Below, piece after piece: positions 32,987 to 46,911 of a stretch of DNA of 64,000 nt. The stretch lies in the NCBI RefSeq assembly GCF_009914755.1, contig NC_060942.1; one strand, written 5' to 3'. Each line of letters begins with the position of its first letter. Position 1 is the stretch's first letter. Both the position numbers and the translations under genes were made by a program. The DNA is from the human T2T-CHM13v2.0 reference genome, Homo sapiens. The notes below the pieces were generated by a model. The model had not been told where the DNA came from and did no database searches. It saw nothing but the letters and a program-made list of their open reading frames with translations.

Positions 32987-33632
32987 TCCCAAAGGAATAT
33001 AAATCATTCTACCATAAAGACACATGCAGGTGTATATTCATCACAGCACTTTCCACAATAGCAAAGCCGTGGAACCAACCTAGATGTCCACCTGTGTGTC
33101 AAATATGATGGGAACGAATGAAATGAAAGTGGGTCAAGGAGCTATTCAGAATAAAATAAGTAACTTTTCCTCATTATGTAGTCGTTGCATAATTAAACAA
33201 TGAAAAAAACCATACTACAAAAGAGTAACTTTTATCCAGTACACTGGATAAAGAGAGTGTGGTACATAGACACCCTAGAATACTAGGCAGCCATAAAAAG
33301 GAATGAGATCATGTCCTTTGCAGCAACATGGTTGGAGCTGGAGGCCGTTGTCCTAAGTGAACTAATGCAGGAACAGAAAACGAAATACTGCATGTGCTCA
33401 TGAGTGAGAAGTAAACATCCAGCACATGAACAAAAAGAAGGGAACGACAGACACTGGGACCTCCTTAACGATGGAGGGTGGGAGGAGGGAGAGGATCAGA
33501 AACCGACCCACTGGGTCCTGTGCTCATTACCTGGGTGATGAAATCATCTGTTTACCACACCCCCATGAATGCAGTTTACCTACACAACAAACCTGCACGT
33601 GTACTCCTGAACCTAAAATACAAGTTAAAAGA
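32987..33632 (+). mobile_element. L1PA15/16-like 3' end carrying a foreign 150-bp insert
   Basis: CCCAAAGGAATATAAATCATTCTACCATAAAGACACATGC; GGAGGGTGGGAGGAGGGAGAGGATCAG; CCTGAACCTAAAAT end. Confidence 0.85.
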
Positions 33633-33940
33633 GGCCGGGCGCAGTGGCTCACACCTGTAATCCCAGCACTTTGGGAGGCCGAGGCAGGCGGATCACGAGG
33701 TCAGGAGATCGAGACCATCCTGGCTAACACAATGAAACCCCGTCTCTACTAAAAATACAAAAAATTAGCCGGGCGTGTTGGTGGGCGCCTGTAGTCCCAG
33801 CTACTCGGGAGGCTGAGGCAGGAGAATGGTGTGAACCCCGGGGGCGGAGCCTTGCAGTGAGCCAAGATCTCACCATTGCACTCCAGCCTGGGCAACAACG
33901 AGGCTCCGTCTCAAAAACAAACAAACAAACAAACAAACAA
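33633..33940 (+). mobile_element. AluY (possibly AluYe-type)
   Basis: Full-length; right arm GAACCCCGGGGGCGGAGCC; TSD AAGTTAAAAGA. Confidence 0.92.
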
Positions 33941-34714
33941 AGTTAAAAGAAACCTTCTCTTAGACAGTAGTGATGGCTTCATTTAAATTAGTTGAGGACT
34001 AGAAAGAGGCACTGATTTATCTTCGCTGTGAAAGGTCCTGGCCACGTGTAATGAATGGGCCCTGTGAGTGTGTGTGCATGTATGTGTGTGTACGTGCGTG
34101 TGGCTCCCTGAGAGTGTGTGTGTCCACACTGCTGGGTTCCTACTCCCGAGCTGCCCTGATAGCATTTGGGGTGGGGAGTACGGAGGGCTCCTATCTGAGC
34201 AAGGTACTTCCCTGCCTCAGAGGCAGAGGACTGGATGTCAGGGTCAGAGTCAACAGTTCAGTTGAAAGGGAATTAAACTTTGTGTCACCAAGTCTCATTT
34301 TGCTTGTGTGTAACTGGGCGTTTCTGTAACTGCACTTGCCGTGCTGGCTGCCGTGGCCTCACTCCTGGGTCCTAGGACGGATGAGGATGCCTCCATGGGG
34401 CCTTGTCTCTCTCCGCAGCCACATCGCCGACTCTCCCTGCATGGACCCAGCATTCATCCTGTCCATTCTGTTGGCCAGAGGGCATTTTTGTTTTGTTGGT
34501 TTTTATTTTTGCAAGGACAGGAGGTGACACTCCAGACAGCATTAGTGTTTCCTCCTAAAAAAAAAAAAGTATTTTTAAAAAGGGACGATTGCCGTCTTCA
34601 ATATCCAGTTCCTTAACCTTTTTCTTAGCATTCTAGCCTGTGAGAAGAAGAAATGTGTGAAAATTCTGGAGCTTTCCTCTCCCAGGGATAACTGGAGGCC
34701 TTGAGGATTGAAAG

Positions 34715-34986
34715 AGAAAGCGTCGGTTTTTTGTCCTTGAGATAGTTTGCTGAGAATGATGGTTTCCAGCTTCATCCATGTCCCTACAAAGGACACGAAC
34801 TCATCATTTTTTTATGGCTGCATAGTATTCCATGGTGTATATGTGCCACATTTTCTTAATCCAGTCTATCATTGTTGGACATTTGGGTTGGTTCCAAGTC
34901 TTTGCTATTGTGAATAGTGCCGTAATAAACATGTACCCTAAAACTTAAAGTATAATAAAAAGAAAAAAAAGAAAAGAAAGTGTCGG
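34715..34986 (+). mobile_element. Short L1PA (PA3/4-like) insertion with 5' inversion
   Basis: Antisense L1 at 34727-34932, then sense 3' end ACATGTACCCTAAAACTTAAAGTATAATAAA plus A tail; TSD AGAAAG(C/T)GTCGG. Confidence 0.93.
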
Positions 34987-35907
34987 AACCCCTGCCCTCG
35001 GCTGCTTCCTGAGGAGCCTCTCAGGCTTGTCATCCAAGTGCTAGTCCTGAAGAGAAAAGAAGGTATCCCCAGGTGCCCCGCCCATCCCCTCAGCAGGGAC
35101 TGTGGTGCCCCATCCTCTCCATTGTCCCCCAGCCTCTGGGACCCAGCTCCAGCCCTTCTGCACCGCGCTGGCCTTGCATAAATGTCTCAGATGCAGGGAA
35201 GAGGCTTTGGCCACTCCTGAGATCTGCGACCCTCTTCCGAGCAGGGTGTGGAGAACGCTTTCCTGACTGCGGTTGAGTTTGCAGGTGTGCTGTGATGGGT
35301 CTGTAGCAATAACCCCAGGCTGCTCCTGCTGAGGACACCCGGGACGCACAAGCGCAAGCTGGGTGACTGCGGCCACCCGAGGGCTTGGCTGCTGTGCGAC
35401 TGGACCGCAGAAAGGGCGCGGGCCTGAGCGTGCAGTCAGTGGGAAGGGACTCTCCGTGGGCAAGGCCTGGAGAAACGTCCTTGCCGAATAAATGATGCTC
35501 TTTTCTCTGAACGTGTGCAGCAACACGCAGCTGATTATGAATTTCAATGTCCCAGACACCTCACGGGGAAGAGGGTAAATATAAGAATCATAGAAAGGAG
35601 GCATCTTACCAAAACTCAGCACATTCTCCTGGGGTACAATCAGCTCCACAGCAACCGGGAGCTTTGTCTGTTTTGTTCACTAGACGCACGGCGTACGCTC
35701 CATACATATGTGCTGAGTGCTGTGTAATCCTGGTCAATAGATGGGTGAGTTCTGGCTTGGGTGAGCTGGGGTGGGCTCTGACGGTCTAATCACCACCAGA
35801 ACAGAGCCAAATTAAAGTTTCTGGATGGACAAGCCTGGAATATGGTGCCTCTGCCAGGACACCGTTGGGATAGCCTCTGTTCTGCCCCAGCGCCAGCCAC
35901 TTCCTCA

Positions 35908-36549
<642 letters not shown>

Positions 36550-36999
36550 TCATTAAATGCTTATCAAACGAGCATGAGTCACGTTGGTCTTGTGAAGGCA
36601 GTTGAACCATCTTTGTCTGGATCCCCTGTGTTTGTAATAAAAGGCTGGTTTTCCTTACATGTGAGTGAGGAACCTCTTCTGGGATGACAGTAATGGCAGG
36701 ACACAGCAGAGACGAGAGCAGTCTGGCCATGAGGACCTGGCTTTCTGTTGAGGGTGACTCTCATTAGGCCCTTCACATCTTCAGTCCATCTATAGGACCA
36801 ATGATTTCCCTTCTAGAGGATGAATGGCTACATAAAAATAATACTTTTAGAGGCTACAGAATCCGATGATAGTTTTCTCCAGATGACTTTCCAAAAGTCC
36901 TCAGAAAACGTGAATTTCTAAATAGACTTTAGAACAGGTGTCACTGAGAAGACTGGATGTAGCCTCCTCCAGGTTTAATTTTTTTTTAATCGTGGAATT

Positions 37000-37600
37000 T
37001 CAAGTAAGGTGATCTGGGTTCAGAATTCCAACGGCATGATCTTAGATGAGTCATCTGACTTGTCTAAACCTGAGTTCCCTCTTTTGCAAAATGAGAAAGT
37101 GACTCATATCTGCTATATGCAATTTGAAAGGATTCGTACAATGATCAATGCTAAAATGTGCCAGCAAAATGCTCTGAACAGCATTACATCGGTGAATTCT
37201 CTAAGAAAACAACAGTGGCCGATTTCTAGGGCATGAGGTCCCTCAACTTCTCTCATTTACGTATTGGGTCCCTCATCCTTCGATATATGTAGTCAGAATT
37301 CGTGGCTGTTGTCCTTAATTCTTTCTTAAAGGCAGAAACAATAATGTCAATTCACTTCATGAATAATGTAAAAGCAATTTGCCATTTATATGGCGTTACT
37401 TAATGGTTCACAGACTATAGTGGTGGATGCAGTTGATGTTAAAGAGACTTGGGTCAGAATTCCATCTCAGCTGCTTCCTAGCTCTGTTACCTTGGGCATA
37501 TCCCTTGGCCTCTTCACCTTCCATTTCTGCATCCGTAAAATGGACATATTCATACCGATTTGGCAAGATTCCTGCTGGGGGTTGGTGATCGAGATCATCT
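37000..37600 (+). mobile_element. Two MIR fragments
   Basis: CCTGAGTTCCCTCTTTTGCAAAATGAG; CTGTTACCTTGGGCA...TTTCTGCATCCGTAAAATGG. Confidence 0.6.
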
Positions 37601-38918
37601 GTGTGCAACCTCCTAACAGGATCTCCAGGGCGTCTGGTCCTGTGCAGAGCTCACATCTCTGTGGGCTTCTTGTCTTGCCTCTCAAAGCTAGATGTTAGGT
37701 GTCAGGAGGTGTTGGCCTCCTGGGAGCTAGAATATTGCCTTCCAAATTTTCCAAAGCTTTTTAACATATTAGGAAGCCTAAGATATGTTAGCCAGAGTGA
37801 TAGGTCAATTCACTAACCTTGAAGGCTTGAAAAAAAAATTGCTGATTCATTTTGTTTGCTGAGTACAGACTTTCAGTATTTTTGTGCTAAAGAAGATTTA
37901 TTTAACATTTTATCATTTAATTAAAGAAAGCATGTTTATAATCAGTTTGTGCCTGTCCCAAATTGTCCCTTTGTCTTCCCAGACTTTGTCAGAAATTCCC
38001 TTTCTCGGAGCAAAAATGCTTTTGTGCAGGCAACATTTCTTAGATGTTTTTGTACTTAGAGTTTGACTTGAGGATATTTGTGGATGGGACTCAGATTTCA
38101 GAGTGTGGGAGGAGAAGAGGTCTGGCCAATGAGGAGGCGGCTTTGCTCGGGTCATTTGCATCTGGCCGCCCAGGTTCCAGCAGCTCCATCGCGTTGGTGA
38201 AATATATCCTTTAGGGGATGTCACGGCTTTGGTTAACTTTTCCTTTTTACTCCTTAGCTGCTAGCGCAGTTTTAATGATAGCTGTTTCACATGTGCATGC
38301 GGCACTCATGTGGGCAGAGCTGTCAGAAGACTGTAAAGTCTCAACCATCCTGCGATTGCTTGCACCTGAGGAAGACGGAATGACGATGTTCTGCGCCATG
38401 GTATTCCTTTGCTCATTCATACACTGATTTATGGCTCGTTGTTTTCCTTTGGCTCAAGGTGACATCAGTACCTACAAAAAGGCAAATATACGTGAGAATG
38501 CTTTTATAGCAAAATCCTTGTTTGCAAAGGTAATGATGTTCTAAAACTGGAAAAAATGCAACTCAGGCAAAAGGAAGAAACCCTAGCGTGACTTTTTCTT
38601 CCTAGCTTTTGTGGGTAGTGAAGTTTTTCTCAACATGCTATCAGATTGGTTCCATTATTTAAAAGTATTTTTAACACAGGAAAAAGTTTCGTGTTTTGTA
38701 TTTCGCAATGCGATTCGATCATCTTCCGCTGTTCCAGATGGTGGCTTGCACCGTGCAATCAGGCTGGATCTTACACAAGAATCCATTCCAAACCCTGAAT
38801 AAGGGCCCAAGCCCAGAGAGGGACTTGTGTATCCATTGCCACAGGAGCATTACAGAAACATGCCCCCTAGGCTTGGACACCGTGGAATTCAGGGAGCAAT
38901 TCTAGCTAGGAATAGTAG

Positions 38919-39243
<325 letters not shown>

Positions 39244-39737
39244 GCCGTGACGGGACTTTCTGACGTGGCGCTGTGTCTGGGCTCGCCCTTTCCTCGGATC
39301 CCACCTCTCCGGAGGACGGGGAGAGTGCTGGGTAATCCTGGGAGTTCCTAAAAGCCAGCACAGAAGGCAGGGGTTTCTTTCTCTGGGGGACTTCGGAGGA
39401 GGTGGCCACTGGTCTGAGAAAGTCTAAGTGTAGGTTGGGACTTCGGTCAACTGGGACTTAACTATGCCACTCAAACTGGTGTGCATGCAATGCCACTTCT
39501 GCTGGGTCTGAAGAGGGAGGCCCTGCACCAAGGCCACGTTCATAAGACACAGGGTGGAGAAGAGAGATGGCATCCCATGGGGAGAGCTTGTCTCCCAAAG
39601 ACTGGTCCATCTGTTGAAAGAGGCTGTCCTCTCCCCTTATTTCCTGAGGAGCTGCCCAGGAGGGCTCCCTGCTTCCCTCTGGCCTTCACATTGGCCACCG
39701 GGACCAGGAGGAGCCCTCCCTCTTCCCTTCCCCTACC

Positions 39738-40106
39738 TGTCTCTCTCTCTCTGTCTCTCTCTCTGTATCTCTTTGTCTCTGTTTCGCTCTGTCTCTCTCT
39801 CTATGCCTCTCTCTGTCTTCCTCTTTCTGCTTCTCGTTGTCTTTCTCTTTGTTTCTGTCTTTCTGTCTTTCTCCCTCTTTCTGTCTCTCTCCCCCATTCC
39901 CCCGTCTCTCTGTCTCTCTTTCTTTGTCTCTCTCTCCTTCTCTCTGTCTCTCTCTCACTGTCTCTGTCTCTGTCTCTTTCTGTCTCTGTCTCTCCCAATC
40001 TCTTTGTCTCTCTCCCTCTCTCTGTCTCTCTCCCCACCCCCACGTCTGTCTCTTTCTCTGTCTCTTTCTCCTTCTGTCTCTCTCTCCCTCTGTCTCTCTC
40101 TCTCCC
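39738..40106. repeat. Long (CT)n/(CTGT)n pyrimidine-rich simple repeat
   Basis: About 370 bp, almost all C/T with scattered G. Confidence 0.95.
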
Positions 40107-40321
40107 TGACGGTGTGGTGCATTCTCTGACCCTCCCCTCCCCTCCTTACCTTTATGACTGGCAGGTGGAGAGACAGCTAGTGACTCTTCTGTGGCCCATC
40201 TTGGGATGTGGCCCTGGGCAGTACTCACTGGAGGTGGACAGGACAGCACTTGCCCCTGAGGGCCCAGCAGTCGGCTCAGGTCGCCCGTGTGCATAGAGAG
40301 GTGGAAGGTCAGCTTCCACTT

Positions 40322-40750
40322 CTGCGTTGGTTTCCCTAGACTCTGCCACAACAGAGCATCACAGAGCGCGAGTCCTAAACAAGAGGAATTTATTCCCCCA
40401 CAGGTCTAGGGAGGAGAGGTCCAAGATCAAGGACCGAAGGTGGGTTCCTCCCGAGGGCAGGGTGGGAGAATCTTTCCAGGTGCCTCTCCTAGTTTCTGGT
40501 GGCTGCTGGCACTCTTGGGCATTCCTTTGTGTGAGGAAGCATCCCCTGGTCCCTGCCTTCATCTTCACAGGGCCTTCCTCCTATGCGCATGTCTGTCCCC
40601 GTAGCCACATTTTCCCTTTCCATAAGGACACAGTCATATTGGATTAGGGCCCACCCTATTGACCGCATCTTAACTTGATCATCTGCAAAGATGCTATTTC
40701 CACAGAAGGCCACACGCACAGATATTGGGGAAATCATCCAGCCTGCAATG
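40322..40750. mobile_element. MLT1 (MaLR) solo LTR, MLT1B/C-like
   Basis: GTCCAAGATCAAGG; ATAAGGACACAGTCATATTGGATTAGGGCCCACCCT...TCTTAACTTGAT...ATCTGCAAAGA. Confidence 0.8.
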
Positions 40751-41779
40751 ACTGCCAAGGTGTGCTCTGAGCCTGGCTCGCCTGGGAGGAGCTCCAGAAC
40801 ATGGGGCAGAGGCCACTCAGGTCGGGAACAGACAGTAACACACCCCCTGCAGATGCCCTACCGTTTGGCCTATGATCCTTGGATCAGGGCAGCGATGCGT
40901 GAAGGTGGATATTATTATGACTCTAAAACCACACTGCCGTCCTGCCCCCAGGTCCACCTCAGAGCTAAAAGGGCCCCTTGATGCAGTTCTTGGGGCACCC
41001 GTGGTGACAGCCCACTGGATGAACCCACAATGCACCCCACACTGCGCTGGGCTCGAGCATCCTTGCTGTGAGGGTCCCCCTGCCTGAGCAGATCTCACCC
41101 TGCAGATGAGAGACACGTGTCTACCACCTAGCCAGGATGTGCAGAGGGGTGGCTGGGGTCTCAGTGGAAGGGAAGGTGGCTGCTGTCTTTCCTAGGGCTG
41201 GGAGCTTTGAAAAAGGGAAAAACACTCACTCCGCTGAATGCAGCTCTTGGGGGACTGGTGGGCCAACCCACAGGATAAGAACTGCATTGCAGGGGCCGGA
41301 GCCCAGGATAAGGTTCACAGTGCATTCTGAATTTCCACCTAGCATGGGCTCCAAGCACTGCGCTTGAATTTGAAATATCAAAAGTATCGGACCTCGTGGA
41401 ATTGATACATAGGTGAAGCACTTTTCTTTCTTGGTTGGCAGAGTATAAAGTTCAGTAGTATTTGCCTGCGCATGACTGTCTTTTTCAAATGAGGAGGGGA
41501 GTGGGAGGCATGGAAAGGAGATGGTTTGTTCCTAACAAACTACATTCCAGAATGTTCTCTCCAAGGTTGGAGCCCTTCCTTGGCTGGAAAGCTGTGTGAC
41601 TCTCCCATACTCTGAACAGGGCCATCTTCATGGCAGGCTTGCGGCTGCAGTCTTTCCTGTGGATTTGCACCAGAGCTGTTTGTACCAGGGGCTTGTTGCA
41701 ACTCATCTTGCAAGGGGAAATCCAAAACTCAGAAATGACACAGCATTTTAGAGTTGGTGGCAAGGCAGGAATAGGATAA

Positions 41780-42510
<731 letters not shown>

Positions 42511-44255
42511 TAGCAGACCTCAATGCCATTGGTAAATCCCTTCGCAATGTTTGAATGAGGAGAATCCCATAGCTGCACAGCTGATTTATTCCGTTTGTCG
42601 TTGGTGTCGTCATCATCACTCTCTGTTTTCCAGTCCTCATCTCTGGCTTTGTGCATTAGGATGAAAGTCCTGAAATGCAGTGTGAGTCTGGGCTCTGACA
42701 TGTGGGCTCTGGTGAAAGTTGGCACGCAAGTGACTCCACCTGTGGGCTCTGGCATCCTCAGTCTGAACATGAAAGGACTAACACCTTTGTCTATGACCCA
42801 GAATGGCTGTGGGAATTAAACAAGATGAAAATAGGTGGAAATCGAAGCTTTTCAGTTTGCCCCCTAGAACGGACGCTGAGACCAGTGTGTGTGCTGGGGA
42901 GTTACAGGCCTCACTCTCAGGACGAAGCCTGCACTGAGTGAAGAGGGAGCCAAGGGAGGAGTCTAACCGGCCAGCAGCTGCAGCCAAGGCCTCTGCCCAT
43001 TCCGTGGGAGTTCTGGACCTGGGGTTGGTGGGGGGGCCTTCAGAGTGGCCCCAAACAAAGGCAAAGGGACGAGCCTTTGTACCCGCCCTGCAGGCTGTTC
43101 AGTGGAGATGATGCAGCCTCGGTGAGGCCACAGCTTTGCATATGTCCATTTCAAATACAACAGCAAAGCTTACAGGCAATTTGGGATTTCATGAAGTCAA
43201 TGAAAGTGACGTTGGAGAATTGCTCAGGACTTTCCCACGGTCACTGGCACACGGTTAACTATAATTAGCAATTAAAGAGCAAGTAATCACCATGGAAAGT
43301 GGCACAACAGCATTAAGAGATCTGCATCCGCACAGCTCCGGTTAAAGACGCCTTTGAGAAAGATGATACAGCGATGCAAGAGTGTTGCAGACATGGCCTT
43401 TCGTGGGGGAGCGCTGTAAGCTGGGGGGGTGTCTCATCCTGCTGGCTTAGAGTTTTGTTGGAAAAATTACACCAGAAAAACAGTAACACTGGAAGCCTTC
43501 TTTGCTGAATCTAAGGATTATTGCATAATTATAACTTAAATTTTGTATAAACTAAAATAAATTTATATAATTCGGTTTTATTTGGTTTCAAGGTAAAACC
43601 ATCAACTGACCTTTTTTTTTTCATTATTTATTATGAAAGTTTTATTCTTGTTTAAAGTGGATTTTCCCTTACATAGCCTTTTCCTGGGAACACGTATCTT
43701 CAGAGGACATCAACACCAGCCTCTCCTGCCATGTCTTACGTCAAACTCAATCCCTTCTGAGGGCCTCAGCTGATGTCACATCCATATAAGAAATTGGGAC
43801 ACACCTTGGAAGTTTCAGTTTTGGTATCCTGTGGTAAAAGTTGGTATCTAGACAGGATTAGCCATCACATCCCCAAGAATGAGCTATGGCTAGATTTCTT
43901 CAGCTGAAGATGAAAGACATCTGCCTGCGAGTCAGCTCTAGAGGGTAAGAAAATCTAGGCTTGGGAAGGTCAGATGAAGAGGGTGGGATCTCAATCTCTA
44001 AAGACTTGGAATTTCAATCCCAGCTTCAGTTGTTCCATCAAGAAATGAGAAAATGACAACATAGAATTGTCATTTATGGCAAATTATGCATAAATGTAAA
44101 ATAACTGCACTGCAGTTTCTGAAAACACTAAGATTCCTAAATAAACACCTGGGGCATTGAGATAGATCGTGAGAAATAATACACAAAAGTGGAGGCATGA
44201 AGGAGACCACAGGCCTCAGATGGCAACAAAGTGTGGTAAAAACCATCCTGTGTTG

Positions 44256-44584
<329 letters not shown>

Positions 44585-44856
44585 TTAACCTTGGGTAGCC
44601 TGTTTCCCTGATAATAGCTTGGATACTTGCATGCAGTGAGAAAGAGGGGGATGGGAGGTGTGGGGCAAAGAGTTAGAGTAGCCTCAATGCATTGTGAAAT
44701 TCCTGCAGCCACACAATAAAAAATACCGTGGTAAAACATAGGAAGGATACAGGGGCATGCATTTCAGCAGAAGTCATGCGAACCTACACATTTTTTTATA
44801 GCATTGAGGTTTGTGGGTACTAATACATTCAGGATTATCTAAAAATTACCTTTCAT

Positions 44857-45160
<304 letters not shown>

Positions 45161-45685
45161 AATTACCTTTCTTAAAAACAAACAAACTCAAAGATTTAAT
45201 TTTCCAAGGTTAACTAGGGACCTATTTGGGTAGCAGAATACAGAAATGGCACACAAGGGCAGAAATCTGCTGTTAAGGTTGAAAGGGAGGCTGAGATGCA
45301 GGTGGGATAGAAAAGCTTCTGAGAGTGAGCAGGTACAGCTCCAGAAGCTGGTCCCATCAGTGCCTCTGACCCAGGAGTCAGGGCGTGGCCACCGGGAACT
45401 TCATGATGGCTGACTTCTGAGGACTTGAGGGTTAGAGTCATTTTTATGTGAACTGCAAGAACACCATCTGCAGGCTAGAGTTTCCAGGGCAGGTGGAGCT
45501 CCAGAGCTAGGCATACACAGGGCCCTGCTAAAGGGGACCAGAGCAGGGTCAGGTCCAACACCGGCTGTGTTTGCCTGCAGTTGACAAGATAAGCTATAGA
45601 ACTGAGCTGTAACCATGAAGGTGGAAGATGAATCCCAGAAATGGGGTGACCATGGAGAGGCGTTTCCATCACTTCCTACTCTCTC

Positions 45686-46142
45686 TGTTGGGGAGGCAGG
45701 GATTCCCTCCCTGGGGCTACAGGAATGTCCAAACAAATAGCAACTGACACTGAGCAGATGAAATGGACAACAGTTTATTCTTCACAGCCCAGGGAGGAGG
45801 ACGCCGCATGCCACACGGGGCCACACAGGGTTGCGTACGAGAGCAGAGTGAATCAGCAGGGCTGGGGGAGGTGGCTTTGTAGTATCAAGGGTTGGGGGGT
45901 GGCCCCTAGTTCCTATGGGGGTGTGTTGACTTGTTTGAATAATTCCATGGCTGGCCCCTGCTCAAGGACTAGCGGGAACTGTGCCTGGTCCCCACGGGAA
46001 GGAGGGCTGTTTGGTCAGCGGACGTTATTCACAGGAGTGGGGTGGGGATGGGAACTTGTGTCTAGGTCATTCGAGGCCCTCCCAGTTTTACCAGATGTCA
46101 AGGGAGCATATCATATTGGGTCTTAATTTTAGATCTGCCACA
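45686..46142 (-). mobile_element. Probable ERVL-class solo LTR (MER73/MER88/LTR53-like, tentative)
   Basis: TGT...ACA-bounded ~455 bp; minus strand begins TGTGGCAGATCTAAAATTAAGACCCAATATG; AATAAA on the minus strand near 45774. Confidence 0.45.
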
Positions 46143-46911
46143 GGCAGGTGCAGGGAGTGTGTTGCTCCTCACTACCCAGATGCCTGAGGCCACTGTGCAG
46201 AAGTGGCCTGGACAGGATAGCTGAAGCACCATGAAACCTGGTGGCCCTGGCAAAGGCATCCCAGCGACAACAGTTTATGAGTCACATGTCTGGGAATATG
46301 ACCTGATTCCCAGGCCAGTTGGCCAGGTGCGTGGAAGGGAGTAAATAAAAGCAGGTTGAAGCAATAATGCCTCTGACTTTTGTTGGGCTGGATTGTGCTC
46401 AGGCTTCTGTAGGGAGGCCTTCGGTGAATAAGGACCAACAAACTGGGATTGAGGGAAGCAGAAGAAAGGCCCTAGAAGAAAATTTGGATTCCTGGTGGAA
46501 GAACTGGATCAGGAATTAGAACATTTGTGTTCAGCCTTCACTCTACCTTAGGGAAGACAGTCATTGCTGAGTCACTGTTTCCTGGTCAGCAAATGGAATC
46601 ATGATACCACCAGCACACTTGTGAAAAAATGAGAGAAGTGAGATATTATGAAATACTCTTCAGATGTAAGACATTGCTGTTAATGAGGCATTATCATGTG
46701 CACTTGGCTTCAACTGATTTTACTACGAATGTGAAAATGTATTTTAAGCAACTAGTTCTGAACAATAAGCTAAAGGGTACTTTTTGGTTTTATTTTGCTT
46801 TTAAAGATAGCTTGTGTCTCCTGAGTGTTCTCTAAAAAAATGAAAATAGAAATAATATACTTTTTTAGTTGGGCTGTTTTGTAGGAGGCAGCTATGTCTT
46901 AAAAAATGAGT

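Noticed and set aside
35041-35649. 202-aa minus-strand ORF in a CpG-enriched patch
   Set aside because: No recognisable domain or supported exon structure; plausible by chance in GC-rich DNA.
39481-40351. Longest ORFs (271, 221 and 191 aa; S/L- or R/E-rich)
   Set aside because: Translations of the CT/GA simple repeat, which lacks stop codons.
45461-45475. CTCF-like motif (reverse GCCTGCAGATGGTGT)
   Set aside because: A single degenerate match is expected by chance in 64 kb; needs ChIP data.
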